DNA of 47,207 nucleotides, filler included, from Catajapyx aquilonaris (lineage: Eukaryota), in the NCBI GenBank assembly GCA_000934665.2. It is 2 parts of 2 records of this genome, joined end to end, with 100 filler letters (N's around TTAATTAATTAA, not from the genome) between each part and the next. Parts side by side here need not be neighbours in the genome. Positions count along the whole stretch, not along the records: positions 23,661 to 47,207 come from JYFJ02005662.1; 1 more part is not named here. One strand, 5' to 3'. Position numbers and translations under genes: made by a program. A model generated the notes under the pieces. That model did not search any database, was not told the origin of the DNA, and worked only from the letters and a program-made list of their open reading frames with translations. How positions within the stretch are numbered: the stretch's first letter is position 1; each line of letters starts with the position of its first letter. Positions 25,866-36,497 of this stretch are shown here, in pieces.

Positions 25866-27006
25866 CCCAGGTAGCAAGATATATTGGGCCAATATTGGCT
25901 AAATATTGGCTTTATTGGCTACACATTGGCGATATTGCCACTGTTTAGCCAATATTGTGCCAATATAGTCGATATATCGGCAATATTGCCACTGTTTAGC
26001 CAATATTGTGGCAATATAGTCGATATATCGGCATTATTGCCACTATTTGGCCAATATAGTCGATACAGCGGCAATATTGCCACTATTTAGCCAATATAGT
26101 CGATGTATCGGCGCCACATGGGCAATATCGCCATGATTCTGCCAAGATTTGATATGTGAATTTTCCAATTTATGCTAATATATTAGCCTAGATTTGATAT
26201 GATTAATTTTCCAGTTTATGTGCCCAATTTATGCTAATATATTAGCCAAGATTTGATATGATGAATTTTCCAATTTATGCTAATATATTAGCATAAATTG
26301 GAAAATAATATATGTGTTGTTTTTTTGGCTATTGATAAAAATAATCCCACGTGAAATTCCACCACAAACTTTACCAGCTGTTTTTTTGCTACTATTTAGC
26401 CAATATAGTGGATATATCGGCGCCACATTGGCAATATTGGGTGCAATGTGGGCGGATGTGGGGCAGCTTCACGCGTCCAGATGGCGCTGACTGTCGGGGT
26501 GCCGTTGCAAGTCTTCTCCGATTTATCCCACAACAATGCGAATTATTTTCGGCCATTACTTGTGTGCAAAGGTGGCAAGAGACTCCACTGCATGCGGCTC
26601 ATTTACCCCCGAGGTACTTCATTGTGACATTAATTTGCTAGAGTCATTCGATGGCAATGCTGTTTGTTGCGAGCAGGACAATCCACGGCATGGAAAGGCC
26701 ATACAAGCGGGGCACCTCTGGACTTCTTTGAAAACCAACCAACCAACCATGAGAATAAACGAATAATAAAAAGCGAAAAAGCCACTTCCCCATCCCCAGT
26801 TAGGAAACCCATGTTGGTCCAAAACAAAGGTTTGTTACCTGAGATATATCGTATATATATTGGCCATACATTGGCTGCCAATATTGCCATATATGCCGAA
26901 AAGTTACAGTTTCCATATAGATAAATATTGGCAGCCAATGTTGGCCAATATTGGCTGCCAATAGTCAGCCAATATTGGCCCAATATATCTTGCTACCGTA
27001 CCTGGG
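25866..27006. mobile_element. non-autonomous CACTA/EnSpm-like DNA transposon with subterminal repeats
   Basis: ~35-bp TIR CCCAGGTAGCAAGATATATTGGGCCAATATTGGCT (the right copy has a 5-nt insertion); many GCCAATAT/ATATTGGC subterminal repeats; 2-bp TG duplication; empty site in the paralog at ~45995. Superfamily assignment is an inference. Confidence 0.8.
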
Positions 27007-27581
27007 TGTCATCTGAGATGGGCAGGGGTGGGGGATTATAATGGTTGTCATTGTAGTTTCATCTTTCATGTATAGTTTTGAGAATTAAAAACAGTACTTG
27101 ATGGGTAAATGCCAATGAGAGTCATTTATAATGTGGACATGTGTTGTATGTTCAGAGTGACAGGAACACCTGTAATTTTACAATCAAAAAATGTGAAACT
27201 TTTGAGGTTGGCATAGTCTCCGTCAGATGGGAGCACCTGTCCTTGAGAAGGTACGGCTATCCGCCAGTGGCGCCATCGCATCCCTCTTTAGCGGAGGGTA
27301 GGGGAACTACTTGTCTTTCAGTCTGATGGAGCTGGAGGAACAAGACCCGTTGGTGCTTGGTTGTCCTCATCGGGTGTCGTTCGAAGGATTGTCTGTTCCT
27401 TTCTTTGGTCGGGCTTGGCTCGTTGCACGGTACGGCCCGCTACCAGGTGACCCAGGTTTAGGTCTGGACAAGGGCCAGCGGCCTCGGGAGGTGCGTGGAT
27501 TGGGGGTTGGAATGATGGAATGATTGGAATCACACTTGACTTTGGTTTCGCTTTTTCAGGGCCGTGCAGAACAGGACAGCC

Positions 27582-30500
27582 ATGGACATGCTGAAATGGG
27601 GAAGATACCCCTGCCCCCACTGTCCCAACAAGATCTTCAGGAGGAGGCTTGACCTGCTGGCACACAACACCACCCATTCGAAGTGGGACAGGGTTAAAGT
27701 GGAGGTCCTGGTCACAGTCAGGTTCGAGGAGGAAGGAAGAGGAGGTCAGGATGCCCTGGGGGTCAGGAGGGTCGAGGAGCCAAGGGAGGGCAACTCTGGC
27801 CAGGAAGGTGACCTCAGTGGGGCAGCAGAGGAGGAGGAGGGCAGAAGGAGGCATGAGTCAGACACTGCTCCTCCAGCCGGGGAGGAGGAGGAGGAAGACG
27901 ACGGAAGAGGAGATGCAGGGAGGCCTAATCAGGTGAGAAGAAGAGTGCACATGGGTCGCATTGGTGCATGGGGTAAATAACTCGTCAAGTCCGTTGTACG
28001 GTTGGCCCCAAGTCCGACCAAGTCCGACCAAATCCGGGCTCAAGTCCGCCAAGTCCGACCAAGTCCGGCTCGTTACAAGTCCGTTGTACACTCAACTACC
28101 GAGTGATTTACCCCTTGCATTGGTGGCACCCTGAGCCAATGAAGGCAAAAGAGCTAATCAAAGGGATGAATTTGCATCCAGTGCATCACATCTCTTCGAT
28201 TTGTTCTTTTGCCACCGTATGGCTCATGGCGCTACCAGTATGACACCCTTAATGTCCAGCACTGCACATGAGGATCAGGAGTTTGTGGAGAAAATGGTTT
28301 GGTCTGAACAACGAATTGGCATAATTGGGTGTATTGGGTTCCACGAAATATGCACATGTATGTGGAAAATGCAGTCAATTTACAGTTTACTGTAATCGGA
28401 GGTTACTGGATGCTGATGGGAACCACTGTTTAACCTGTTGTAATTATTGTATGAGCCGAAGGTTACTTATCCCGGATTAAGCTGTCAATTAGTTACGTGT
28501 TAGGCCGCAGCTATGTTTGGAGATTCCTTCGAGTTTCCCTACTCGCCGCTAGAGGGATACGAGATTTTGCTATGATGTCTTATGAAATCGATTTTATTAG
28601 AAACTAGCTGCGGCACCCGGCGTTGCCCGGGAAGAAATGAATGAAGGGAAAGCACCTTCCGGTACCCCCGTCAACTGTCTGTCTTTCCGTGTGTCCGCCC
28701 ACCAATGCCATCTGTGATCCTGCTACTCCAACACCTTCAACCTCTCCCGCTGGCAACCGTCATTTGCCTGCCATCTGTAGTCAACCCCCAACACCTCCAT
28801 CCTCTCCCGGCCTGGGGGTGGAACACAGATGGCAGGCAAATGACGGTTGGCAGGCGGACAGACAGACAGACTCACAAACTCCTTTATTTATACAGATTTA
28901 ACACTAGTGGTGCATTTTCTACCACAACTGACCACATATTTGGAATATAGAGACTTTCTTGATCTCGGGAGCCCCCAACAACATGCAAAATATCGGAATC
29001 ATCCCTTTGATTGTAACAGTAAAACTTCTAAAAGTCGAACTTCCCTAACTCGAAGTTCTCCATAACTCGAAGTGCTGGCAGGGCCTTACGATGGGATATC
29101 AATGCACTTTCAGTCTCCCTAAGTCGAAGTTCATGTTGGCGAGTACAGAAAATTTTCTCATTCCCCAGCCGAAGGGTCGAGAGTAGGCCACATGTACAGA
29201 AAGGCTCAATTTCTTGATTTCCGTCTACCAGACGTACCGAAAGAAGTGTTTGACTCGATTGTGACAATTGCATCCTTAAGTCTAAGAGTAGGCAAATGTC
29301 CATAATGGAGATTTTTTTTGCAACAAAACAATGAGGAACATTGTAAGTGTGATAGTGACAGTTATTTTTAAGTTAGGAACACCTTTCGTCGCTGGATATA
29401 AAGATAGGCTTCCTTATAAAGTTCTATGGTTTAAAAAATCCAAATTTCTCTAACTCGAATCTTCTATAACTCGAAGTTTTTTCCCGGTCCTATGGGGATT
29501 CGACTTATAGAAGTTTTACTGTATTTATATTATTTGGAGGTTTTCTGCTAATTTCCTGGGAGTTTTTCTAGCCAAATCTGGGTTACCTGGGCTTTTTGGC
29601 AAAAGAGAGAGCAGCAGCTTAATCCCTGCCTCATAGGGAAAGTTGTGATGATGATGATGATGTAATTAGACAGCTAGTTAATTATGTCTTGTGATGCAAA
29701 CAAGTGGTATTTCCTGTGACACTGATTACTCGGTAATTGTTAATTATAATATGTCAAGTCAGTTTCTTGGGTTCTCATTGCAGATGCTGGAGCCCTTCAT
29801 CCTGCTGTACCAGCTTCTCTACTGTGCCCATTGCAACGGTGCATTTGCCACAAAGAAGCACCTGGAGACGCACATGCTCAAGAAGCACATCACTCCTGAG
29901 CCTCAGGTAATACAGTAAATACAGTGTGTGTATTATTTATTGATAGGGTGACCTGCATAGAGAGGTATGTTTTAAGCAGATTTAGTTATATGAGGTAGAC
30001 AGCCAGATAGCCATAGTTGCTTTGGCTTCTTCCTAATAAACCAAACCAAGCCATCACTCCTGGAACATAGCCAGGGTGAAAACAGTTGGCACCTACCATG
30101 TATGTATTTTTTTCACCATAAATCAGTGTTATACAGGGTGTAAAAATGAATTCGGTGGACAAACTTGTAGGGGTAATAGAGGGGACCTGGACATATATTT
30201 TTGACATAGAAAACCATGTCCTGAAATGCCGTCTAGAGGGGGTTCATAGGCAAGGAACGGGTTGGCTCAGACGCGTCACGCAGGAGGCGCTAGGTGAGCG
30301 GACTGTTTTGTTGATATTTTATTTTATTTATTTATTTTTATTTTTATTTTTATTTTTATTTACACCCTTGAGGCCTTCTGGCCTATGTAGGGGGGAGATT
30401 TTTCCACCATTTTCTGACTTTCCAGTGCTGGGATAGAGGGGGGGGGGGGCAGTGGTGCAAGTGCAATGTCTCTTGGTGGAGGTCGTGTGCAGTCCCTCAG

Positions 30501-33500
30501 AGGGCTAGGTTGACAAGACGACCCTCTAGATGCGGATCAGAGACCTTCCACAAACGCCGCACCTCCTCCAGTATGGGACACTGAAAGGAAAGGCGGGAAG
30601 CGGCTGTGGCCTACTAATTTAGGAAACAACTCCGGTATTCACCTGGGGTGACCGTGGGAAACCACAGAAAACCACGGTCAGGGTTGCCGGCCTGGGGATT
30701 CGATCCGTGGACCTCCCGATTCGCAGCCAAATCCCCTCGGCTACTGCTGCTTCGGTCTGTTTTGTTGATATATGGTGCTCGGATAGTAACCAACGATGCG
30801 ATGTGTCATAACGACGATAACATGGCAACAACAGAGCCGTCTAGCAACTAAAGTCCTCCTCCTAGGAGACGCGCGGATAGTCAACCACGGTTCTGTTGTT
30901 GCCAGGTTATGGTGTATCGCGTCGTTGTAAGCAAACAACAGCGCGATATGCCATAACCTGGCAACAACTGGGCGCCATCTATCAACAAAACAGTCCGCTC
31001 GACTAGCGCCTCTCGCCTGACGCGTTTGAGAGCACCCCCGTTCCTTGTCTATGAACCCCCTCTAGATGGCGTTTCCGGACATGGGTTCCTATGTCAAAAA
31101 TACTTGTATTGGTTCCCTCTATTACCCCTGAAAGTCTTTGCAGAGTTACAATAAACACCCTGTATATCTTGAGGAGGCACTCGGGCTGAAATGTGAGGCA
31201 GGCAACAATGCAGGCAACAATATTACCTCCGTCCAGATGGCGGATGCCTGACATTATTGAACTAATTGTCGTCCCAGTTGTCATTATCGGTTGTTGTCCC
31301 AGTTGCTAGACAACTACTGTTAGAACAACAACATTACCTCTGACAAGATGGCGGCTGCCTCAGCCTGTCTAATGGAAAAGGCTAAGGGAGTACCTCCTCT
31401 AGGTATTATATTATATAATAGCAGAACTCTTTGGTGTTTACTAGCCGAGCGCCATCTATCAACAAAACAATCTGCTCGCCTAGCGCCTCTTGCGTGACAC
31501 GACTAAGCGCACCTGTTCCTTGTCTATGAACCCCCTCTAGAGGGCGTTTCCGGACATGTCTATGTCAAAAATATTTGTCTTGGTCCCGTCTATTACTCCT
31601 ACAAGTTTGTCCAATGAATTCATTTTTACACTCTGTATTTGCCATATTCTGTAAATCTAATTATGCAGAAACACACCAGTGTCCATCGTATTGGTCACTT
31701 GTCTCATTTGATGAAGAGAATTTGTGTTAACCAATGGAAATAGGACCAGTGACAGAGTATATTAAAGCAGAACTCTTTGGCAAAACTTGTTGAGAACGTC
31801 AAAAGAAAGTGTTGGGGCGACTGAAACCAGTGTTTTGATCATCTAATACAAACACTGCAGAGTTCCATGGACGTTCATAGTAGGGGGGAGTTATGAGCAG
31901 TTACATAGAAAAACGTGAGAGCATGCGAGTAGAAGCAGTAGAGGTTGGGAATTTCTGTTCATACTATAATTGGGTTTTTTAATAATTCAAAAGGTATTGG
32001 TATGTTGAGGTGGGAAAATGCATATTTACCAGGCAATGCAAAGCAAAGGTGGGATTGCAGATGGTCCTGCAGATTGCAGGGATCACTGATATGTGAATGC
32101 ACGGAGGAACGGGTGGGAGTGTATGCATATGAATGCGGGATGGGCATCATCATTGGCTATAAGCCCGAAGCGATTAAAAATATGGTAGGCAGAATATGGT
32201 AGGAAAAAGCGAGTGAAGAGAGTGGGTTTCTATGCTTGCGCCATAGAAAAATGCTAGTGTAGCGAGGGTTTTTCTCGTATGACCAGGGAGCATAATTATA
32301 CTACATAAGAGGCGCAAACATTCGATTTTCGCGTCTCTCTGTTTGGGGCGTTGCCAAGGCTGGCGGCCATTTTGAAGTGTGTGCAACGCCAACGAGGTAT
32401 AAATAGATCACATGCAAAAATAGGGTCCGCCATCTTTCACTCGCGCGTGTTCTCGCCGTGTAGTTGCCATGGCCGCCAAAACCATCAAAGATGGCGGACC
32501 CTATTTTTGCCTGTACCATATTTATACCTCGTTGTCGTTACCCACACTTCAAAATGGCCGCCAGCCTTGGCAACGGGCCCAAACAGAGAGACGCGAACAT
32601 CAAAGGCGCCGACAGAAGTTTGCGCCGCTTATGTAGTATAATTATGCTCCCTGGTATGACAATAATATGACAAGTTGGTAAATGGTAATTGGCGTTCCTA
32701 GGTGATGGCAACATGTGAAAATGGGGTAATGAGGGAAAAAATAAGGGGAAAAAAATCATTACTCCTATCCTCTAGCGAAGGGAACTGTGAGGTTTTGAAC
32801 ACTGATCCACACCGTCCGGTTGCACCATGGTTGTAGAAGACTCAGGTTAGGTCACTCCCCACCCACCCCCTGCCGAGGGGTTTTGCAGCGGGCGCTCACC
32901 TGAGAACGCCACGAGACATTTCCCAGAGCATTTATGTGGTGACCCTACCGGATTAAGGCTGAACTTGATAGGAACGAAAGGGAAGCGCTACATGCTGGCC
33001 CAACATGGCCGCCGGGTAGCCACATAAATGCTCTGGGAAATGTCTCGTGGCGGTATCAGGTGAGCACCCGCTGCAAAACCCCTCGGCAGGTGATAAGCCC
33101 AGAAGATAGGGGTAGTGTCCGTGGGCTGGGTTGCACATTCAGCCATTTGACGAAGAGACCGATTTCCTAATAGTTATTGACAAAAACAAACAAACACAAC
33201 AACAACAACAACAACAACGAGAGAGAGAGGGGGGGGGGGGGGGGGGGANGAAAATCGCATTTTTACTCGTTTTTAATTTTTTGAGGAGTACCCTAGAGGA
33301 ATTCGGCAAAAGTGTAAATGGTGGGAATGCACTTCATGACGGTCGGGGCCTGTGTTCAAATTTTCGAAGCTCTTCCAACCTGCAGCGAAATTTGAGTTAG
33401 GGTGAATAAAAACGTAACAACAAGAACAACAAGATGTTGGAAAAATTCATTGTTGAAATGGCATATTCGGTCTTACATTATGCTGGGCTACCGCCCTTAA

Positions 33501-36497
33501 AATAATTATGACCTTCACTTCCTTATACTGGTTTTTCGTAAGGGATCTTGTTCCTGAAGCTGGTGCCCCATACACTGACCGCCATGTATACAGGGTGTTT
33601 ATTGTAACTCTGCAAAGATTTTCAGGGGTAATTAAATAGAGCGGACCAGGCCTATGACACTCCTCGAATACGGTAGGTTAACACCTGTGTCCTGGCCAGA
33701 CGGCGCTGGTGGCGGATGTCCCTCCATTGTCTGCCGCCATCTTGAAGACCCATTCCGGTGGCTGGCAAGTCAATCTGCCTACGGGTGAGTGCCAAAAAAA
33801 AATATGCCGAAAAATAAGTACGGTACTGCTCAGTACTGCTAGCTATCTTTAGTCATGTCTAAATAAAATAAATAGTGCACTTACAATATGCTCTTTTACA
33901 ATCACCTCCTGCTCGCTTGACATTTTGGTGTGTCCAGGTCCAGAATGCCTTCTGCACATTTACCGAGCATTGCAAGTGTACTATTTATTTTATTTGGACA
34001 TGACTAAAGATAGCTAGCAGTACCGAGCAGTACCGTACTTGGCATATTTTTTTTTGGCACCCACCCGTAGGCAGATTGACTTGCCAGCCACCGGAATGGG
34101 TCTTCAAGATTGCGGCAGACAATGGAGGGACCACTGGAGGGATCCGCCACCAGCGCCGTCTGGCCAAGACACAGTTATTAACCTACCGTCACCATACATG
34201 TAGGCGGGCTGTGTCAGGGGGCTGGAGGGGACCAAGACAAGTATTTTTGACATAGGAACCCATGTCCGGAAACGCCATCTTGAGAGAGTTCATAGACAAG
34301 GAACGGGTGCGCTCAGACGCGTCACGCGAGAGGCGCTAGATTTGTTGATAGATGGCGCGCAGTTGTTGCCAGGTTATGGCATGCCATATCGCATCGTTGT
34401 AAGTAAACAACAGCGCGATACGCCCATACGCCATAACCTGGCAACAACAGAACCGGTGTTGACTATCCGCGCGTCTCCTAGGAGGCGGACTTTAGTTGCT
34501 AGATGGCTCTGTTGTTGCCACGTTATGGCACATCGCATCGTTGGTTACTATCCGAGCGCCATTTATCAACGAAACAGTCCGCTCGCCTAGTGCCTCCCGC
34601 GTGACGCGTCTGAGCGCACCCGTTCCTTGTCTATGAACCCCCTCTAGATGGCGTTTCCTGACACGGGTTCCTATGTCAAAAATACTTGCCTTGGCCCCCT
34701 CTATTATCCCTGAAAGTCTTCGCAGAGTTACAATAAACACCCTGTATAATATTGTATGGCAAGAGGGAGACACGGTGGCCGAGTGGTTAGCGCCACAGCC
34801 TTCCGCCTCTAAGGTCCCGAGTTCGATCCCCGGATCGGACAGAGGATGTTTATGTGGATAGAGTTTCGATGGGTTCTCTCCGTGTTCGCATGGGTTTTCT
34901 CGGGGTTCTCCCGTTTCCTCCCACTATCAAAAATCCATCACAGCAAATGCAATGATTAAACATTAAAGTCGGTCACTTAAAAAGATGATCCCCTAAAAAG
35001 CCCAAGGAGGCTTATCACGGGGTATCCATTATTATATTGTATGGCAAGCATACAGAGTCCGACACTCTCCTTTAAAATACATTTCGATCTGCATTTATGA
35101 GATATCATTAATTTCAGGTAGAAGGTGTCGAAGAGAGGATGCAGAAAGGAATCCAGCAAGACATGAAGAAAAGGAGACACTTGGTGGGGAATGGTTGTCA
35201 GATTTGCATGAGGACATTTAGTTGTAAGAGTAATTTGAATAAGCACATGCGAACCCACACAGGGGAGAAGCCGTATTGTTGCAAGGTTTGCAAGAAGAAG
35301 TTTAGTCAATCAGGAGATTTTAATACACACATGCAAACCCACATAGGGGAGAAGCCATATTGTTGCAAGGTTTGCAAGAAGAAGTTTAGTCAATCTGGAA
35401 ATTTGAATCAGCACATGCGAACCCACACAGGGGAAAAGCCACATTGTTGCAAGGTTTGCAAGAAGAAGTTTAGTCACTCAGGAAATTTGAATAAGCACAT
35501 GCGAACCCACACAGGGGAGAAGCCGTATTGTTGCAAGGTTTGCAAGAAGAAGTTTAGTCGATCAGGAGATTTGAATACACACATGCAAACCCACATAGGG
35601 GAGAAGCCATATTGTTGCAAGGTTTGCAAGAAGAAGTTTAGTCAATCAGGAAATTTGAATCTGCACATGCGAACCCACACAGGGGAAAAGCCATATTGTT
35701 GCAAGGTTTGCAAGAAGAAGTTTAGTCAATCAGGAAGTTTGTATCTGCACATGCGAACCCACACAGGGGAGAAGCCATATTGTTGTAAGGTTTGCAAGAA
35801 GAAGTTTAGTGTATCAGGAAGTTTGAATCTGCACATGCTAACCCACACAGGGGAGAAGCCACATTGTTGCGAATTTTGCAAAAAGAAGTTTAGTACATCC
35901 GGGCAATTGAATGCGCACATGCGAACCCACACAGGGGAGAAGCCATATTGTTGCAAGGTTTGCAAAAAGAAGTTTAGACTATCAGGACAATTGAATGCGC
36001 ACATGCGAACCCACACAGGGGAGAAGCCATATTGTTGCAAGGTTTGCAAGAAGAAGTTTAGTCGATCAGGAATTTTGAATGCGCACATGCGAACCCACAC
36101 AGGGGAGAAGCCATATTGGTGCAAGGTTTGCAAGAAGAAGTTTAGTGAGTCAGGAAATTTGAATATGCACATGCGAACCCACACAGGGGAGAAGCCATAT
36201 TGTTGCAAAGTTTGCAAGAAGAAGTTTAGTCGATCAGATGATTTGAATAGGCACATGCGAACCCACACAGGGGAGAAGCCATATAGTTGCAAGGTTTGCA
36301 ATAAGAAGTTTAGTGAGTCAGGAAGTTTGAATCTGCACATGCGAACTCACACAGGGGTGAAGCCATATTGTTGCAAGGTTTGCAAGAAGAAGTTTAGTCA
36401 ATCAGGAAGTTTGAATACGCACATGCGAACCCACACAGGGGTAAACCCATTCAGCGTGAGGTTTGCAAGAGAGAATTTAGTAACGAAAGCTCTCTGA
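27582..36497 (+). CDS. multi-exon C2H2 zinc-finger protein; exons 27582-27932, 29784-29906, 35118-36497; about 17 fingers in frame, with 3 further fingers lost to a frameshift
   Basis: Start in GCCATGG context. Exon 1 has the finger [24 protein letters not shown] plus an acidic region; exon 2 has [23 protein letters not shown]; exon 3 has 15 fingers with TGEKPY linkers. All junctions are CAG|GT...CAG| in phase 0. The array exon is certain; linkage of the upstream exons is inferred. Confidence 0.8.
27967..28117. mobile_element. hAT-type MITE (151 bp)
   Basis: Perfect 8-bp TSD CATTGGTG; TIR CA(T/A)GGGGTAAAT(A/C)ACTCG; internal CAAGTCCG repeats. Confidence 0.85.
28604..28896 (-). mobile_element. 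non-autonomous Helitron
   Basis: On the minus strand: 5' A|TC, (GTCT)n near the 5' end, and a 3' GC hairpin CCCGGGCAACGCCGGG followed by CTAG|T. Confidence 0.85.
29017..29521. mobile_element. pogo/Tigger-like MITE
   Basis: TIR CAGTAAAACTTCTA(A/T)AAGTCGAA, subterminal TAACTCGAAG repeats, TA at the right flank. Confidence 0.75.
30134..31635. mobile_element. composite/nested Tc1-mariner-type MITE
   Basis: TA|CAGGGTGTAAAAATGAATT ... AATTCATTTTTACACTCTG|TA. Contains the right end of a related element at 31162 (AATAAACACCCTG|TA) and a SINE. Confidence 0.75.
30318..30756 (-). mobile_element. tRNA-derived SINE
   Basis: Minus-strand A-box-like TAGCCGAGGGG and B-box-like GATCGAATCC; central GTTTTCTGTGGTTTCCC...AGGCCACAGCCGCTTCC domain resembling hemimetabolous-insect SINEs; A-rich tail; 15-bp TSD CTGTTTTGTTGATAT (30303-30317, 30757-30771). 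Confidence 0.8.
32284..32653. mobile_element. palindromic MITE, P-element-like
   Basis: CAGGGAGCATAATTATACTACATAAG ... CTTATGTAGTATAATTATGCTCCCTG with ~150-bp arms; 7-bp TSD GTATGAC. Confidence 0.8.
32869..33090. repeat. inverted repeat, ~77-bp arms
   Basis: CCTGCCGAGGGGTTTTGCAGCGGG...CATTTATGTGG (32869-32945) versus its reverse complement at 33014-33090; no TSD seen. Confidence 0.85.
33591..34744. mobile_element. Tc1-mariner-type MITE carrying a nested fold-back element
   Basis: TA|CAGGGTGTTTATTGTAACTCTGC ... GCAGAGTTACAATAAACACCCTG|TA; body homologous to 30134-31635. Confidence 0.8.
33670..34189. mobile_element. fold-back element with ~210-bp inverted arms
   Basis: ACGGTAGGTTAA...CCAGACGGCGCTGGTGGCGGAT versus ATCCGCCACCAGCGCCGTCTGG...TTAACCTACCGT. 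Confidence 0.75.
34764..35033 (+). mobile_element. tRNA-derived SINE with V-domain-like core
   Basis: A box TGGCCGAGTGG, B box GTTCGATCC; core GTTCTCTCCGTGTTCGCATGGGTTTTCTCGGGGTTCTCCCGTTTCCTCCCAC; 3' stem-loop and (ATT)n; 15-bp TSD ATATTGTATGGCAAG. Confidence 0.85.
35236..36440 (+). repeat. 84-bp coding minisatellite (14 near-identical zinc-finger units)
   Basis: Unit CACATGCGAACCCACACAGGGGAGAAGCCATATTGTTGCAAGGTTTGCAAGAAGAAGTTTAGTnnnTCAGGAnnnTTGAATnnn repeated with 84-bp period. Confidence 0.97.

Larger units (their letters stand above)
24145..27034 (+). repeat. segmental duplication copy A (paralog of 42928-46020)
   Basis: Near-identical sequence from TACAAGTGAAACACAAAG through the F-box exon, the microsatellite and the LINE start. 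Similarity resumes at GCATTGCATA..AATATTGAGAGTT and TGTCATCTGAGATGGGCAGGGGTGGGG. Copy A lacks about 1.35 kb present in copy B. Confidence 0.95.

Noticed and set aside
34764..34835. tRNA gene
   Set aside because: It is the head of a SINE, with core, tail and TSD; no convincing cloverleaf.
35726..36340. 204-aa minus-strand ORF
   Set aside because: It is the antisense shadow of the 84-bp zinc-finger repeat.
35236..36440. CRISPR-like repeat/spacer array
   Set aside because: The variable parts are single codons inside an in-frame coding repeat; the context is eukaryotic and there are no cas genes.
27582..36497. Calling the zinc-finger gene PRDM9
   Set aside because: No KRAB, SSXRD or PR/SET domain is visible; only the evolutionary pattern is similar.
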